NCBI GenBank assembly: GCA_963752475.1
Contig: CAVVYR010000001.1
Span: forward strand, 96,001 to 160,000
Source: an uncultured Chloroflexia bacterium
GTDB lineage: Bacteria > Chloroflexota > Limnocylindria > Limnocylindrales > CSP1-4
Length of the DNA stretch: 64,000 bases
Direction of reading: 5' to 3'
Position 1 is the stretch's first letter. Every line of letters begins with the position of its first letter. The notes under the pieces were generated by a model that was not told the DNA's origin, made no database searches, and was given only the letters and a program-made list of their open reading frames with translations. Below, piece by piece: positions 10,240 through 20,492 of the stretch. The position numbers and the translations under genes were made by a program.

Positions 10240-11168
10240 GGCGCGAGTCTAGCCGCTGGAGTGCGGTAGGCCGGGAAGGTCAGGCCGTCCACGGCGCCGG
10301 CCGCGCTCACGAGCGCGTCGTAGGCCACGCGGTCGAGGATGCGACCGCAGCGATAGGACGGCCGGACCTCCTCGGTCCAGCCGTCCATGAACGCGGGATC
10401 GGAATCGACCGTGCCGAGGTCCAGCCGTCGCAGGCCGCGCCCGGCCATGTCCTCGACCATCGCCTGCACCAGCGCGTAGCGGGCACCGAGCGCCTCGCCT
10501 GCGACGGAGCTCGTCATCGCGTGGACGGTGGCATCGTCCCCGCTGACGTAGACCACGGCCATCGCCACCGGGCCCTCCTCGGCCAGGACGGTGAATGCGA
10601 CACAGCCGGGCAGCGCCACCTGTCGGGCCAGCGCCGCTGCCGAGAGCCCAAGCTCGGCCCCGGGCAGGCCGACGTCGCTGAGCACGGACCAGCGCGCGAC
10701 CAGCTGTGCCGGTGCGTCCTCCACGTCGACATCCACCCGGCTGAGAGCGTCGCGCACCGAGCGCCGGTGGTCGCGAGCAGGCCAGAACGAGACCAGGTCG
10801 GCCACGTAGTGCTGGGCGTCGACACGAACGAGATCGGGAAACGCCGGCCGCAGCAACTCCTCGTCGACCGACGCCAGCGGATCGGACAGGGTGGTGACGG
10901 TGACCACATCCGCGAGCGCAGCCGTCTCCCGCAGGTCGTCCTGCAGCCCGCGGGGATCGCGGCACACCATCGAGGGGTAGCCCACGAGGGCATCGCGCGC
11001 CTCGCTGCCGGGGATGGGTCGCGTCAACAGGAAGGTCCCGCTGCGGCGAAGGTGGCGGACCTCGCCGGCATCGGTGAAAGCCTCCGCGTAGCTGGGGTGG
11101 AAGTAGCCGTAGCGCCCGGCCGAGGCGAAGAGGTCCTCGTTGTCGATGAGGCTATCCACGCGTGGCAT
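10236..11168 (-). CDS. GNAT/FemAB-like acyltransferase-fold protein
   Basis: Glycan-locus context, GYFHPSYA start, GLRRLDLG segment and FPAYR C-terminus resemble polysaccharide-locus GNAT proteins; no exact family recognised. Confidence 0.55.
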   Translation of the reverse strand: MPRVDSLIDNEDLFASAGRYGYFHPSYAEAFTDAGEVRHLRRSGTFLLTRPIPGSEARDALVGYPSMVCRDPRGLQDDLRETAALADVVTVTTLSDPLASVDEELLRPAFPDLVRVDAQHYVADLVSFWPARDHRRSVRDALSRVDVDVEDAPAQLVARWSVLSDVGLPGAELGLSAAALARQVALPGCVAFTVLAEEGPVAMAVVYVSGDDATVHAMTSSVAGEALGARYALVQAMVEDMAGRGLRRLDLGTVDSDPAFMDGWTEEVRPSYRCGRILDRVAYDALVSAAGAVDGLTFPAYRTPAARLAP

Positions 11169-12429
11169 CGGTCCCGTCGACGAGCTCCGGCACCTCCTCG
11201 ATCTCGACCTCTCTCGCGAGCAGTCGGAAGAGCGGTGCCAGGAGACGCTCGATGGGGTCCTTCGTGCGCTTGGGCCGAAGGGTGTTCCGCCGCAGCCACA
11301 GGACGGGCCTGCCCTGGACTCGCCGGATGGCGAGGCCGAACGAGCCGACCGCCGCGCCGATCACCCGTTGCAGGGCCGAGGCATCACGGGTCGGATCGAT
11401 CTGGCCCTTGGTCCCGAGATAGAGCAGGCGGCCGTCGGCGTGCGCCTGGTGCAGCGCTCTCTGAGCCGTGGGTGTCGGTCGCTCCACGACCATGCCGCAT
11501 CGCGCGAGCTCCAGCAGCAGCAGCTCGTTGTGGGGTCCCACGCCGGCACCGGTGGGGACCACAGCGATCTCCCGTCGCGGCTCCTCCGCGCCCTCGTAGC
11601 CGTGCTCGCGCAGGTAGCCCGCGAGGTGCAGGCCGGCGAAGCGCCGGGCATCGAACGACATCTCCTCGCGCCAGCGACCGACGCTCGAGGTGTTGACCGG
11701 ACCCGCCACCGACTCCTTCCACCACTCGTGCTCGGCGGCCACGTCGGTGCCGCTCTCGCGGGAGTCGAGCATGGCCGGCTCGTAGACCTCCCCGATGAAC
11801 TCACAGACGCGACGCAGTTCCTTCACGGGCTCGGTCACGAGGTCCTCGTAGCGCAGGGTCATGGCCCGTGGATCCTGCTCGAGACGCTCGCGCGAGATGC
11901 GGTCGTCCTCATCGACGCGCACGAGGTTGCCGACCACGGAGTCCTTGGCGAAGGGCATGCGCGCAAGCGAGAGCGCCACGTCGCGGGGGTCGCGCACGAT
12001 GCGCACGATGTAGGCGTCGGGCCAGCCGGCGCGCAACGTATCGGTCATGAGCAGGTGACGTGGCGTCTTCTCCACCCAGCGCGCCGCACCCGCCCGCTGC
12101 GCGTGGAGCTCGGTGAGCGACTCGAGCATGGCCGTGGTCGAGGGCTGCCGGTCCCCGAGGAAGGTGCCGATCTCCTGCAGCGTCAGCCCGAAGAGCTCGG
12201 TGATGGGGTGTCCCTGGTTACGCAACGAGGCGATGAAGTCGACCGCCGGCCGCGGCCAGGTGGCGGGCTCGAGGATGCGCCTGCGGGCGTCGGCATCGAG
12301 ATGGCGGTAGCGGGCGAAGAAGCGCGACTCCGGACCACAGTCGAGCCGGGAGTGGCTCGAGAGCATGGACGAGAGGAGCGTCGTTCCGGAGCGTGCGACG
12401 CCCACCACGAAGATCGGTGCGTCAGGCAT
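11152..12429 (-). CDS. PAPS-dependent sulfotransferase
   Basis: 5'-PSB loop IFVVGVARSGTTLL, WVEKTPRH, 3'-PB RDPRDVALS, RYEDLVTEP. Start uncertain (12429, 12435 or 12450). Confidence 0.9.
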   Translation of the reverse strand: MPDAPIFVVGVARSGTTLLSSMLSSHSRLDCGPESRFFARYRHLDADARRRILEPATWPRPAVDFIASLRNQGHPITELFGLTLQEIGTFLGDRQPSTTAMLESLTELHAQRAGAARWVEKTPRHLLMTDTLRAGWPDAYIVRIVRDPRDVALSLARMPFAKDSVVGNLVRVDEDDRISRERLEQDPRAMTLRYEDLVTEPVKELRRVCEFIGEVYEPAMLDSRESGTDVAAEHEWWKESVAGPVNTSSVGRWREEMSFDARRFAGLHLAGYLREHGYEGAEEPRREIAVVPTGAGVGPHNELLLLELARCGMVVERPTPTAQRALHQAHADGRLLYLGTKGQIDPTRDASALQRVIGAAVGSFGLAIRRVQGRPVLWLRRNTLRPKRTKDPIERLLAPLFRLLAREVEIEEVPELVDGTDATRG

Positions 12430-13711
12430 CGGCATCGCTGGTGGCATCATCGGCAGCCCCTACGAGACCCGGCAGGTCCTCGGCCTCGGCGGGTTTGGCC
12501 AGCACCTGCAACAGGCGGGCGATGAAGCGCTCACCGCCATCGTTGGGGTGGCGCCGGATGAGGCTCAGCCGACGCACCCAGACCACCGGTCGACGTTGCA
12601 GCCGGCGTGTCAGCAGCAGCAGCCCCAAGCGGGCGATGTCGAACACGCGCCGCGATGTCGACCGCGTCCGGTCCGGGTCGAGCTGGCCCACGACTCCGAA
12701 GAAGACCAACGGTTCCTGCAGGTGCAGCTCCTCGATGGTCGACGGGATCGGTCGCCGCACGGCGACGTCTGCCGCCGACAGCTCCAGCAGCACATCGTCG
12801 TACTTGGCGTTGAGCGCGTCGCCCGCGGGCACGATGGCCAGCGCCCGCTTGGGCGCCACGGCCTCGCCGTAGCCGTGCTCTTCGAGCATCGGGCCCAGGT
12901 TCAGCGCCGCGTAGTGCTGCACCGCCGGCGGCATCTCATCAGCCCAGCGGCCGGAGCGGGAGCGGTCGAGCGGCCCCGTGGCGTCGCCCTTCCACCATTC
13001 ATGCTTGGCCGCCACGCCGGTGGCCCCGCTGCGATCCTCGAGCATGCCCGGCTCGTACTCGATATCGACGAACTCGCAGATGCGGCGGAGCTCGCGCTCG
13101 GGCGTGGCCACGAGATCCTCGTAGCGCACGGTCAGGGCCACCCCGGACTCGCGATAGAAGTCGGCCGCGGCCTCGTTCATGCGCGCCAGCACGGACAGGT
13201 TCGTGAGCAGCGACGGCGTGCCGAAGGGCACCTTCGTCAACGACACGGCCGCGTCCCGGGGATCGCGCACGATGCGCACGATGCGTGCCTGCGGCCAGGT
13301 CTCGGAGATGAGCTCCGGCACCTCCAGGTGTCGCGGCGTCTTCTCGACCCAGCGGGGAGCGACGTTGCGCAGGGCGCGCTGGGCCGTGAGCGACTCCAGC
13401 ATCGTCGCCAGGGACGGCGGTCGTACGGCCATCCAGGCGCGGACCTCCTCGCGCTCCAACCCATACATGGGGTAGATGGGCTGCTTGCCCAGCGAGAGGC
13501 TGCACACGTAGGCCGTGGCACGCTCGGGCCAGTCGGCCGGGTCGAGGATGCGCTCGCGCTCGCTGCGGGCGAGCCGTGACCAGCGACTCAGGAAGTGGGT
13601 CTCGGGACCGCAGTCGAAGGCCGAGTGCGCAGCCAGCATGGCCGAGAGCAGGGTCGTTCCGGAGCGTGGGCCGCCGACGACGAACACCGGAGCGGTGGAG
13701 GGCTTGGTCAC
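12422..13711 (-). CDS. PAPS-dependent sulfotransferase (tandem paralog)
   Basis: VFVVGGPRSGTTLL, WVEKTPRH, RDPRDAAVS, RYEDLVATP; TAGAAT 6 nt upstream of GTG. Confidence 0.9.
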   Translation of the reverse strand: MTKPSTAPVFVVGGPRSGTTLLSAMLAAHSAFDCGPETHFLSRWSRLARSERERILDPADWPERATAYVCSLSLGKQPIYPMYGLEREEVRAWMAVRPPSLATMLESLTAQRALRNVAPRWVEKTPRHLEVPELISETWPQARIVRIVRDPRDAAVSLTKVPFGTPSLLTNLSVLARMNEAAADFYRESGVALTVRYEDLVATPERELRRICEFVDIEYEPGMLEDRSGATGVAAKHEWWKGDATGPLDRSRSGRWADEMPPAVQHYAALNLGPMLEEHGYGEAVAPKRALAIVPAGDALNAKYDDVLLELSAADVAVRRPIPSTIEELHLQEPLVFFGVVGQLDPDRTRSTSRRVFDIARLGLLLLTRRLQRRPVVWVRRLSLIRRHPNDGGERFIARLLQVLAKPAEAEDLPGLVGAADDATSDADA

Positions 13712-13945
13712 GATCCGATTCTATCGGTCCCACGGAGCGCGGCCGTCGACCACCGCAGATGGCGCGACGATCGTGGCACCCCGGAGCGTCCATCGCTCGT
13801 CCCTGCCGGGGGCAAACGACGGAGGAACGGCCCTGCCGCGGCCTCCGGCCGGTCGCTCGGCATCGTGGGTGGGGCACCTGGGGTACGGCGGGCGACCTCG
13901 ACGACGTGGGGAAACCACTCGCTCCTGTTACCCTTCAACGCGTCC

Positions 13946-14923
13946 ATGACAGTCGTCAACGAGGCCCCTGCTGCCTTCCGCAGCAGCAATGATCGCCCGG
14001 GCCCGGTCGCCCTCATCAGAAACGCCATCACCGACGTGTGGTCACGCCGTCGGCTGATTCGCTATATGGTCCGCGCCGACGTCAAGAAGCGCGGCGTCAA
14101 CACCGTGCTCGGCAACGTCTGGTGGATCCTCGACCCGCTCATCACGATGATGATCTACGTCCTGGTGATGACGGTCATCTTCCAGCGCTCCACGCCAGAC
14201 TTCCCGCTCTTCCTGCTCAGCGCGATGGTGCCCTTCAAATGGTTCACCGCCACCATCGGCAGCTCGACCAACGCGGTCACGGGCAAGACATCGCTGATCA
14301 AGCAGATCCTCTTCCCCAAGATCATCCTGCCGGTCACGCTCACGCTCAGCCAGATCGTGAGCTTCCTCTTCGGCATGGGCGTGCTCCTGTTCGTGTGGTT
14401 CTTCGCCTATCACGATCACGTCACCGCCCAGGTCGTGTGGGTGCCGCTCATCGCGGTCGTGCAATACGTGTTCGTGCTGGGCTGGACCTTCATCCTCAGC
14501 GCTGTCACGGTCTTCTATCGCGACGTCGGTATCGTCATCGGCCACTTCATGCGCCTGCTCTTCTGGGTCAGCCCCATCCTCTGGTCCTTCATGGAGGTGG
14601 CCGGCCGCGGCGCCCGCCTGCAGACCGGCCTCGAGGGCATCGAGCGCCAGTTGGGCATGCCCACCGGCATCCTCTTCGGCGCTGTCTCGATGAACCCGGT
14701 CTCGCTACTGCTGGAGTCGTATCGCAAGGTCGTCTACGGCGAGCTCGATCGCGTCGACCTCGAGACCGGCCTGCCAAGTGACAGCGGAACGCTGGTCTGG
14801 ACCGACGCTGTCCCGCCCGACCTCCAGATGCTGGCCGCGATCTTCGCCAGCGGTGTCGTCTTCATCCTCATCGGCACGCTCATCTTCAAGCGGCTCGAGC
14901 CCAACTTCACGAAGGTGCTGTGA
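13946..14923 (+). CDS. wzm: Polysaccharide ABC exporter permease (Wzm/TagG)
   Basis: DVKKR..TVLGNVWWILDPL, LIKQILFPK, VFYRDV, FWVSPILW, MNPV, FKRLE. Start moved to ATG 13946. Confidence 0.88.
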   Translation: MTVVNEAPAAFRSSNDRPGPVALIRNAITDVWSRRRLIRYMVRADVKKRGVNTVLGNVWWILDPLITMMIYVLVMTVIFQRSTPDFPLFLLSAMVPFKWFTATIGSSTNAVTGKTSLIKQILFPKIILPVTLTLSQIVSFLFGMGVLLFVWFFAYHDHVTAQVVWVPLIAVVQYVFVLGWTFILSAVTVFYRDVGIVIGHFMRLLFWVSPILWSFMEVAGRGARLQTGLEGIERQLGMPTGILFGAVSMNPVSLLLESYRKVVYGELDRVDLETGLPSDSGTLVWTDAVPPDLQMLAAIFASGVVFILIGTLIFKRLEPNFTKVL

Positions 14924-16155
14924 TGACCGCCCCTCGCGACATCCGATCCGACGAGATCGAGGAGACCGTCGACTCGCGCCGGGATGAGCGCATGGACGAC
15001 AACGCCCTTGCGGCCATCGCAGAGGCGGAGGGCGAGGCCCCCGACCCTTCCGAGTTCGGGCTCAGGGTCAGGCCGCCCCTGGGCGAGGTGGCCATCCGGG
15101 CGGAGGACCTGGGCGTCCGCTACAACCTCAACTTCACCAAGAAGACCAAGCTACGAACGACCTTTGCCAACCTGCTGGACCCGCGACGGCGCAACGCTGG
15201 CCACTTCTGGGCTCTGCGGGGCGTGGACTTCACCGTCCGCCGTGGCGAGGCCGTAGGCATCGTCGGTGCCAACGGCTCAGGCAAGTCGACGCTGTTGCTG
15301 GCGCTCGCCGGCATCCTCCAGCCCACCGAGGGTGTGGTCGAGGTCAGCGGCCACGTCTCCACCCTGCTCAGCCTCAACGCCGGCTTCGACGCCGAGCTCA
15401 CCGGCCGCGAGAACATCGCCCTCGCCGGCGCGCTCATGGGTATCGACGAGCGGGTGATGCAGGAGATCACGCCCGGCATCATCAAGTTCGCCAACATCGG
15501 TGCCTTCATCAACGCTCCCATGAAGACGTACTCCTCGGGCATGCGAGCGCGTGTCGGCTTCGCCATCGCCACCTCGGTCGACCCGGACATCCTGCTGCTC
15601 GACGAGGTCCTCCAGACCGGCGACAACAAGTTCAAGCAGAAGTCACGCCGGCGCATCGCGGAGGTCCTGCAGACGGCCAAGGCGGTGGTGATGGTGACCC
15701 ACGACATGAGCTGGATCACCGCCTTCTGCACCCGGGCCGTCCTCGTGGACAAGGGCAAGATCGTGGCTGACGGTGACCCCGAAGAGATCGCCGACATGCA
15801 CGAGAAGGACGCCGCGGCGCGAGCCAAGCGCAAGCGCAAGGCCAAGCAGCTGCTCAAGCACGGCAAGGTCGACCTCGTGGACATCAAGAAGGCCCGCAAG
15901 GAGGGCAAGCTCGATGAGCTGGTCGAGGGCCACGAGACGGAGATGGAGGAGCTGCGCGCAGAGAAGAAGCGCAAGCTCGAGGAGGGCCGGGCCAAGCGCC
16001 GTGCCGCACGCCTGGCGCGTGAAGCCGAGGAGATCGGGGGAACGGCTGATGGCAGTGCCCCTTCTCGGTCCCAAGACGAGACCGCAGATGCCGACTCCCC
16101 GTCTGCTGAGGCCGAGACGGCCGGCGCCGGCAGGCCGTCGCGCCCGAGCGTCTAG
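14923..16155 (+). CDS. wzt: Polysaccharide ABC exporter ATP-binding protein (Wzt/TagH) with charged C-terminal tail
   Basis: FWALRGVDF, Walker A GANGSGKST, LTGRENI, YSSGMRAR, ILLLDEVL; TGATG coupling to wzm. Confidence 0.92.
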   Translation: MTAPRDIRSDEIEETVDSRRDERMDDNALAAIAEAEGEAPDPSEFGLRVRPPLGEVAIRAEDLGVRYNLNFTKKTKLRTTFANLLDPRRRNAGHFWALRGVDFTVRRGEAVGIVGANGSGKSTLLLALAGILQPTEGVVEVSGHVSTLLSLNAGFDAELTGRENIALAGALMGIDERVMQEITPGIIKFANIGAFINAPMKTYSSGMRARVGFAIATSVDPDILLLDEVLQTGDNKFKQKSRRRIAEVLQTAKAVVMVTHDMSWITAFCTRAVLVDKGKIVADGDPEEIADMHEKDAAARAKRKRKAKQLLKHGKVDLVDIKKARKEGKLDELVEGHETEMEELRAEKKRKLEEGRAKRRAARLAREAEEIGGTADGSAPSRSQDETADADSPSAEAETAGAGRPSRPSV

Positions 16156-16157
16156 CG

Positions 16158-16952
16158 ATGCCCATCGGCGGGCGTCTGGGAGGACTCCGTGAGTCGCTGA
16201 CCGGGCGCAAGTCAGCCTCGGCTCCCGCGCCGTCGGTCGCTAGCGAGGCACGCGTCCTCACGGTCCTGGGCATGCACCGCAGTGGCACCAGCTCGCTCGT
16301 GGGCAGCCTGGAGGCAGCGGGCCTGCCGCTGGGCCAGGTCCGCTCCGAGGGTGGCGCCTCCAACGCCATGGGCCATCGTGAGCCCGGCGAGCTCATCAGC
16401 CTGCACGAGGACGTGCTCATCACCTCTGGTGGGGCCTGGCATATGCCGCCGGAGAAGGCGATCTGGACCAAGCGGCAGCGGAAGCGCCAGGGTGAGTTCA
16501 TCGCCTCCCGAGCAGAGATGCCGCTGTGGGGCTGGAAGGAGCCGCGCACGCTGTTGGTCATCGACGGCTGGCTGGACGCACTGCCGGGACTGGAGATGGT
16601 GGGTACGTTCCGCCATCCCGCGGCCGTCGCGCGTTCGCTACAGCGCAGGCATGGCAGCGACACCATCGACCCCTGGCTACAGCTGTGGCTGGCCTACGAC
16701 TCGGCGCTCTTGCGGCTGGTCGAGGAACGCGGGCTCCCACTCATCGACTTCGATCTCCCGGCGGAGGCGTACCAGGCCCGACTCCGGCAGATCGTCGCGG
16801 AGCTGCGGCTGCCCGGAGGTGATGACGAGTTCTTCGACGCGTCGCTGCGCACCTCGCAGACGCAGGCGCCACCGGACCTGGAGCTGCCGGGCTACATCGA
16901 GAGCGTCTATCTCCGCCTCAAGGAGATCGCCGCCGCCCAGGCGACCGGCTAG
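16158..16952 (+). CDS. Sulfotransferase family protein
   Basis: VLGMHRSGTS, WGWKEPR and RHPAAVARSL are typical of glycan-locus sulfotransferases. Confidence 0.82.
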   Translation: MPIGGRLGGLRESLTGRKSASAPAPSVASEARVLTVLGMHRSGTSSLVGSLEAAGLPLGQVRSEGGASNAMGHREPGELISLHEDVLITSGGAWHMPPEKAIWTKRQRKRQGEFIASRAEMPLWGWKEPRTLLVIDGWLDALPGLEMVGTFRHPAAVARSLQRRHGSDTIDPWLQLWLAYDSALLRLVEERGLPLIDFDLPAEAYQARLRQIVAELRLPGGDDEFFDASLRTSQTQAPPDLELPGYIESVYLRLKEIAAAQATG

Positions 16953-18028
16953 CTCCGGTAGAGCGCCGCGGTCTGCTCGGCGATGGGAGCCCAATCGATG
17001 GTGTCCGCGTACGCCCGTGCCCGCTCTCCCATGGCCACGAGGTCCGCATCCTTCGCCGCGCGGATGGCCTGAGCCAGCGCGTCCTTGGCGTCGGGGTCGT
17101 ACAGGAACGTGGCATCGGCCGGCAGCGTGCCCGGCAGGCAACCCATGGCCGGAGCGATGACCGGCCGGCCGTGGCTCAACGCGAGGATGGCACTGCCGGA
17201 GGTAAGGATGTCGCGGAACGGCAACACCACCGCGTCGGCGGCGCGCAGGACGCGGGTCAGCCGATCCTCCGGCAGCCGGTCCAGCTCGAGCACGATGCGC
17301 TTGTCCTCCAGCGCCAGCTTCTCCAGCTTGCGTCCGAACTTCGGCGGGTACGGGCGGCCGGCGATCAACAGCCGATCCTCTGGTGCCAGCTCGTCGACGC
17401 GCATGAAGGCATCGAGCAGCTCACCCACGTTCTTGTAGCCACGGATCGAGCCGACGAAAGCGAAGATCGTGCCGGCCTCGGTCAGGTCCAGCGCGCGCCG
17501 CGCGGCCCCCTGCTCGAGGTCGACGTCGTACTGCCGTACGTACGAGCCGTGGAGCAGCACGTGCATGCGTGCCCGCGCCTGGGCGCTTGGCCGGTAGAGC
17601 TCGATGAGCGCGTCGCGGGCGTACTCGCAGTGCAGGATGATCGCGTCGGCTTGCTCGACCATGATCCGGTGTGCGAGCAGGTCGTTGGCATCCTTACCCT
17701 TGGCCGCATGGCCCTTGAGGTTGTGCACGGTCCAGACGATGCGCACACCCACGCGCTTGAGCGCCCGCAGCTGCCACTCGAACCAGCGCACGTTGCGGGC
17801 CGTGGGTGTGCCCTTGCTGCCGCCGAGAAACTCCTCGATCCAGTGGATGTGCATCACCTGCGGCCGGCCCTGACGCCACCAGGTGCCCAGCAGTGGTGCG
17901 CGCCTGGGCCACTCGTGGACCGCCTCGGCCTCGAAGCCGGCCTCGGTCACCGCCTCGGCCAGCAGCCGCTGGTACGGGTTCCATCGGTAGGACGGGAAGA
18001 TGATCGCGCGGGGCGCACCGTCGCTCAT
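16949..18028 (-). CDS. Glycosyltransferase family 4
   Basis: NPYQ, WTVHN, GSIRGYKNV, ADAVVLPF...SGSAILALSHGRPVI. Confidence 0.9.
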   Translation of the reverse strand: MSDGAPRAIIFPSYRWNPYQRLLAEAVTEAGFEAEAVHEWPRRAPLLGTWWRQGRPQVMHIHWIEEFLGGSKGTPTARNVRWFEWQLRALKRVGVRIVWTVHNLKGHAAKGKDANDLLAHRIMVEQADAIILHCEYARDALIELYRPSAQARARMHVLLHGSYVRQYDVDLEQGAARRALDLTEAGTIFAFVGSIRGYKNVGELLDAFMRVDELAPEDRLLIAGRPYPPKFGRKLEKLALEDKRIVLELDRLPEDRLTRVLRAADAVVLPFRDILTSGSAILALSHGRPVIAPAMGCLPGTLPADATFLYDPDAKDALAQAIRAAKDADLVAMGERARAYADTIDWAPIAEQTAALYRS

Positions 18029-19122
18029 GCCTCCTCCGGCACCGGCGGCGACGGGATCGCGAGCAGGTGGGCGGCGATACGCTCGCCCGCGTGACCATCC
18101 CAGCCGGGCGGGCCGCCTCCGATGCGCCTTTGGGCCCCCGCGAGAGCACCGTCGAGCGCGTCGCCGAGGCTGCCGGGCGTGACCAGGCGGTTGGTGCCGG
18201 CTGTGAGCGTGATCGGCCGTTCGGTATTGGGACGCATCGTCAGGCAGGGCACATCCAGCACCGTCGTCTCCTCCTGGATGCCGCCGGAGTCGGTGATGAC
18301 CACGCTTGCCCCACGCACGAGCGAGATGAAGTCGATGTAGCCCAGCGGCTCGACCACGTGCAGGTCGGGCACATCCGCCAGCCCAGCCGACTCGAGCCGA
18401 GCCTTGCCCCGTGGATGGAGCGGCAACACCAGCGGCAGCCGAGCCGTGGCCGCACGCAGTGCGTCGATGAGAGCAGCGGCCGCCTCCGTGGTGTCGACGT
18501 TGGCGGGACGATGCAACGTGGCCACCGCGTAGGGCGGCTTCACGCCTAGCTGTCGCTGGACGGGCACGGGGTCGAAACGATCGAGGTTCACCAGCAGCGT
18601 GTCGATCATGGGATTGCCCACGAAGACGACGCGATCGCCGCTGATGCCCTCACGGGCCAGGTTCTGCTCCCCTTCCGGGGCGGTCACGTACAGCGGGTCG
18701 CTGAGGATGTCGGTGACCCGGCGGTTGATCTCCTCGGGCATGGTCTCATCGAACGAGCGTAGCCCGGCCTCGACGTGCGCGATGGGGATCCCCAGCTTGG
18801 CGCAGGTCAGCGCCGCCGCCAGGGTCGAGTTCACATCGCCATAGACGATGACCCGGTCGGGCGCGGCCTGACCGAACGTCTTCTCCATGGCCACGAGCAG
18901 CGCCGCCGTCTGCGCCCCGTGCGAGCCGGAGCCCACGCCGAGGTTCAGGTCCGGCTGGGGCAGGCCCAGCTCCTCGAAGAAGACCTCCGACATGCGGCGG
19001 TCGTAGTGCTGTCCGGTGTGGATGAGCTGCTGGTCGGCACCTGCCGCCGACAGTGCCGCCACGACCGGCGCGGCCTTGATGAAGTTCGGCCGTGCGCCGA
19101 CGATGTGGATGAGTCCGGGCAT
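18025..19122 (-). CDS. wecB: UDP-N-acetylglucosamine 2-epimerase (non-hydrolysing)
   Basis: VGARPNFIK, HTGQHYD, GDVNST, HVEAGLRS, MPEEINR, TDSGGIQEE, TERP. Confidence 0.96.
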   Translation of the reverse strand: MPGLIHIVGARPNFIKAAPVVAALSAAGADQQLIHTGQHYDRRMSEVFFEELGLPQPDLNLGVGSGSHGAQTAALLVAMEKTFGQAAPDRVIVYGDVNSTLAAALTCAKLGIPIAHVEAGLRSFDETMPEEINRRVTDILSDPLYVTAPEGEQNLAREGISGDRVVFVGNPMIDTLLVNLDRFDPVPVQRQLGVKPPYAVATLHRPANVDTTEAAAALIDALRAATARLPLVLPLHPRGKARLESAGLADVPDLHVVEPLGYIDFISLVRGASVVITDSGGIQEETTVLDVPCLTMRPNTERPITLTAGTNRLVTPGSLGDALDGALAGAQRRIGGGPPGWDGHAGERIAAHLLAIPSPPVPEEA

Positions 19123-19180
19123 ATGCTCAAGGATGCCATCCTCACGACTCGGCCGCGCCCGATGCTAGAGTCGAGGCATC

Positions 19181-20485
19181 TTGGACGACACCATCACCTC
19201 GACCCCCACCGTCGGCATCATCGGGCTCGGCTACGTCGGGCTTCCGCTGGCCACCGCCTTCGCCGGCGCCGGCCACCACGTCATCGGCTACGACCTCAGC
19301 CACGAGAAGGTGGCCGCGCTCGAGGCGGGCGACTCCTACATCGAGGACGTGCCCTCGGCCGAGCTCGCGTCCCTCATCGCCTCGGGCGCGTTGGAGGCCA
19401 CCACCGACGCCACCCGCCTGGCCGATTGCGATGCCCAGCTCATCTGCGTACCCACGCCGCTTGGTGAGTACCGCGAACCGGACCTCGGCTTCGTCATGGC
19501 CGCGACAGAGACGGCGCTGTCCAACCTTGGCCCAGGCACGCTCGTCGTGCTCGAGTCGACGACCTGGCCGGGCACCACCCGCGAGGTCCTGGCGCCGATG
19601 TTCGAAGCCGCGGGCCTGACGATCGGCGAGGACGCCTACCTCGCCTTCTCACCCGAGCGTGTCGACCCCGGCAACACCCGCTGGGGCATCAAGGAGACGC
19701 CCAAGGTCGTCGGCGGCCTGACGCCGGAGTGCTCACGCCGGGCCGAGGCGCTCTACGCTGCCATCTGCGACACCGTGCACCCGGTCTCGACGCCGGAGTC
19801 GGCCGAGATGTCGAAGATCATCGAGAACACCTTCCGCGCGGTGAACATCGCGCTGGTCAACGAGCTGGCCATGCTGTCCGACCGCATGGGCGTGGACATC
19901 TGGGAAGCCATCGAGGCCTCGTCTACCAAGCCCTTCGGCTTCATGCCCTTCTGGCCCGGCCCCGGCCTCGGTGGCCACTGCATCCCCATCGACCCCTTCT
20001 ACCTGGCCTGGCGCGCGCGGGCCTTCGACATGGACAGCGAGTTCGTGGAGCTGGCCGGTCGGGTCAACGTGAACATGCCCTACTACGCGGTCTCGCGCAT
20101 CGCACGCTCGCTCAACTCCCGCGCCAAGGCCGTGAACAAGGCCAAGGTGCTGCTGCTGGGCATGGCCTACAAGGCCGATGTCGGGGACCTGCGCGAGAGC
20201 CCGTCGCTCAAGCTGCTGGAGCTGCTGCGGGCCGAGGGTGCCGATGTCACCTACCACGACCCGCATGTGCCCACGCTCTCGGACGAGGGACTCTCGTCGG
20301 TCGAGCTCACGCCGGACACGCTGTCTGAGGCCGACTGCGTCGTCATCGCCACAGCCCACGAGGCCATCGACATCGCCGACGTGGTCGAGTACGCCGACCT
20401 CGTCGTCGACCTGCGCAACGCCGTGCGACACCGCCTCGGAGGCGGAGCCACGGGGGCGATCCCGTCCAACGTCGACGTCCTCTAG
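19181..20485 (+). CDS. UDP-N-acetylhexosamine 6-dehydrogenase (WecC/WbpA family)
   Basis: GLGYVGLPLA, ICVPTP, LESTT.PGTT, SPERVDPG, ENTFRAVNIALVNE, GPGLGGHCIPIDP, YKADVGDLRESP. Confidence 0.93.
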   Translation: MDDTITSTPTVGIIGLGYVGLPLATAFAGAGHHVIGYDLSHEKVAALEAGDSYIEDVPSAELASLIASGALEATTDATRLADCDAQLICVPTPLGEYREPDLGFVMAATETALSNLGPGTLVVLESTTWPGTTREVLAPMFEAAGLTIGEDAYLAFSPERVDPGNTRWGIKETPKVVGGLTPECSRRAEALYAAICDTVHPVSTPESAEMSKIIENTFRAVNIALVNELAMLSDRMGVDIWEAIEASSTKPFGFMPFWPGPGLGGHCIPIDPFYLAWRARAFDMDSEFVELAGRVNVNMPYYAVSRIARSLNSRAKAVNKAKVLLLGMAYKADVGDLRESPSLKLLELLRAEGADVTYHDPHVPTLSDEGLSSVELTPDTLSEADCVVIATAHEAIDIADVVEYADLVVDLRNAVRHRLGGGATGAIPSNVDVL

Positions 20486-20492
20486 CACGACC

